NCBI GenBank assembly: GCA_963715765.1
Contig: OY970270.1
Location: forward strand, 1,361,412 to 1,425,411
Direction of reading: 5' to 3'
DNA from: an uncultured Solirubrobacterales bacterium
GTDB taxonomy: Bacteria > Actinomycetota > Thermoleophilia > Solirubrobacterales > Solirubrobacteraceae
DNA: 64,000 bases
Made by a program: the position numbers and the translations under genes. Shown in pieces: positions 63,569 through 64,000 of this stretch. The notes below the pieces were generated by a model. The model had not been told where the DNA came from and searched no databases. It worked only from the letters and a program-made list of their open reading frames with translations. Position 1 is the first letter of the stretch, and each line of letters starts with the position of its first letter.

Positions 63569-64000
63569 ATGCGCCGTCGCACACTCATGCTGCTCGCCAC
63601 ACCCGCCGCGATCGGCGCGATGACCATCGCCGTTCCCGCGCTCGCTGGCATCCCGATCCTTCCCAGCGCCCACACGGCCGCCTCGACCAAATGCTTTTAC
63701 ACGCGCACTGGCAGACACAAGGTGCGCGAGTGCCTGATCCCCGGGCCACGCGGCTTGCGGGGGATCCCGGGGCCAGCCGGGCCACGCGGGTACACCGGCA
63801 CCACCGGGAAAACCGGGGTCACAGGCAAAACAGGGGCCACCGGCAAAACGGGGGCCACGGGCCCGCAGGGTCCCGCCGGCACAGCGCGTGCCTACGCTGT
63901 TGTCCAACCTCAGGCCGGCTCGTCCAGCCAAGTCAATCTGGTCGCCGGGCAAAGCTCCAACATCACCGGAGTCACCGAGCCAAGTGCCGGCGTCTACTGC
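63569..64000 (+). CDS. Secreted collagen-like triple-helix-repeat protein (3' end beyond the window)
   Basis: Not in the ORF track because there is no stop in the window. AGGAGG lies 8 nt upstream of ATG 63569. It reads [27 protein letters not shown] (signal), ...[14 protein letters not shown], then [46 protein letters not shown]. Confidence 0.8.
   Translation, partial: MRRRTLMLLATPAAIGAMTIAVPALAGIPILPSAHTAASTKCFYTRTGRHKVRECLIPGPRGLRGIPGPAGPRGYTGTTGKTGVTGKTGATGKTGATGPQGPAGTARAYAVVQPQAGSSSQVNLVAGQSSNITGVTEPSAGVYC
63743..63880 (+). repeat. 15 consecutive Gly-X-Y triplets (collagen-like repeat), including the GKTGxTG sub-repeat
   Basis: Direct translation of 63743-63880 in the frame of the ATG at 63569. 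Confidence 0.85.

Overview
High-GC (roughly 70% by eye) chromosomal segment with actinobacterial gene content: ask, recR-ybaB-dnaX, a DUF385/F420-type enzyme, and many TetR/MarR/ECF regulators. A motile Thermoleophilia/Conexibacter-like source is only my guess.

1-14.3 kb is a monoderm-type flagellar locus in two divergent blocks.
- Minus strand: a GT2-TPR gene, flaG-fliD-fliS plus a fliT-position ORF, then flgB-flgC-fliE-fliF. fliF is partial and absent from the ORF track.
- Plus strand: fliA-flgF-flgG-flgJ(N-domain only)-flgN-flgK-flgL-fliW-csrA.
- Two sigma-28 type promoters of identical format (TAAA-N15-GCCGATTA) sit in front of flaG and flgB.

14.3-23.6 kb is a cell-surface accessory stretch. 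Four consecutive genes there look disrupted:
- an O-antigen-ligase-like gene (frameshift);
- an Asn/Gly-repeat membrane protein (frameshift);
- an ECF sigma factor (in-frame TGA at a conserved Trp);
- a small TM protein (frameshift).

23.9-31.3 kb is housekeeping: ask with a nested beta-subunit start, recR, ybaB, dnaX, an unlisted SRP RNA and tRNA-Val(CAC).

31.4-58.9 kb mixes regulators, efflux pumps and hydrolases. It includes a decayed DUF4242/cyclase remnant, an ECF sigma fused to a TM/C-terminal domain, an S53 peptidase in a lower-GC patch, and a GGDEF/HD-GYP protein.

58.9-64 kb is an envelope-glycosylation cluster (GH76, M48, methyltransferase, GtrA, GT2) next to a collagen-like secreted protein that runs off the window.

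I found no CRISPR, transposase, integrase or recognisable defence enzymes, and I cannot point to a clearly novel multi-gene system. The most unusual items are listed as findings. Many long ORFs in the track are antisense or off-frame shadows typical of high-GC DNA. The track also translates GTG/TTG starts as M.
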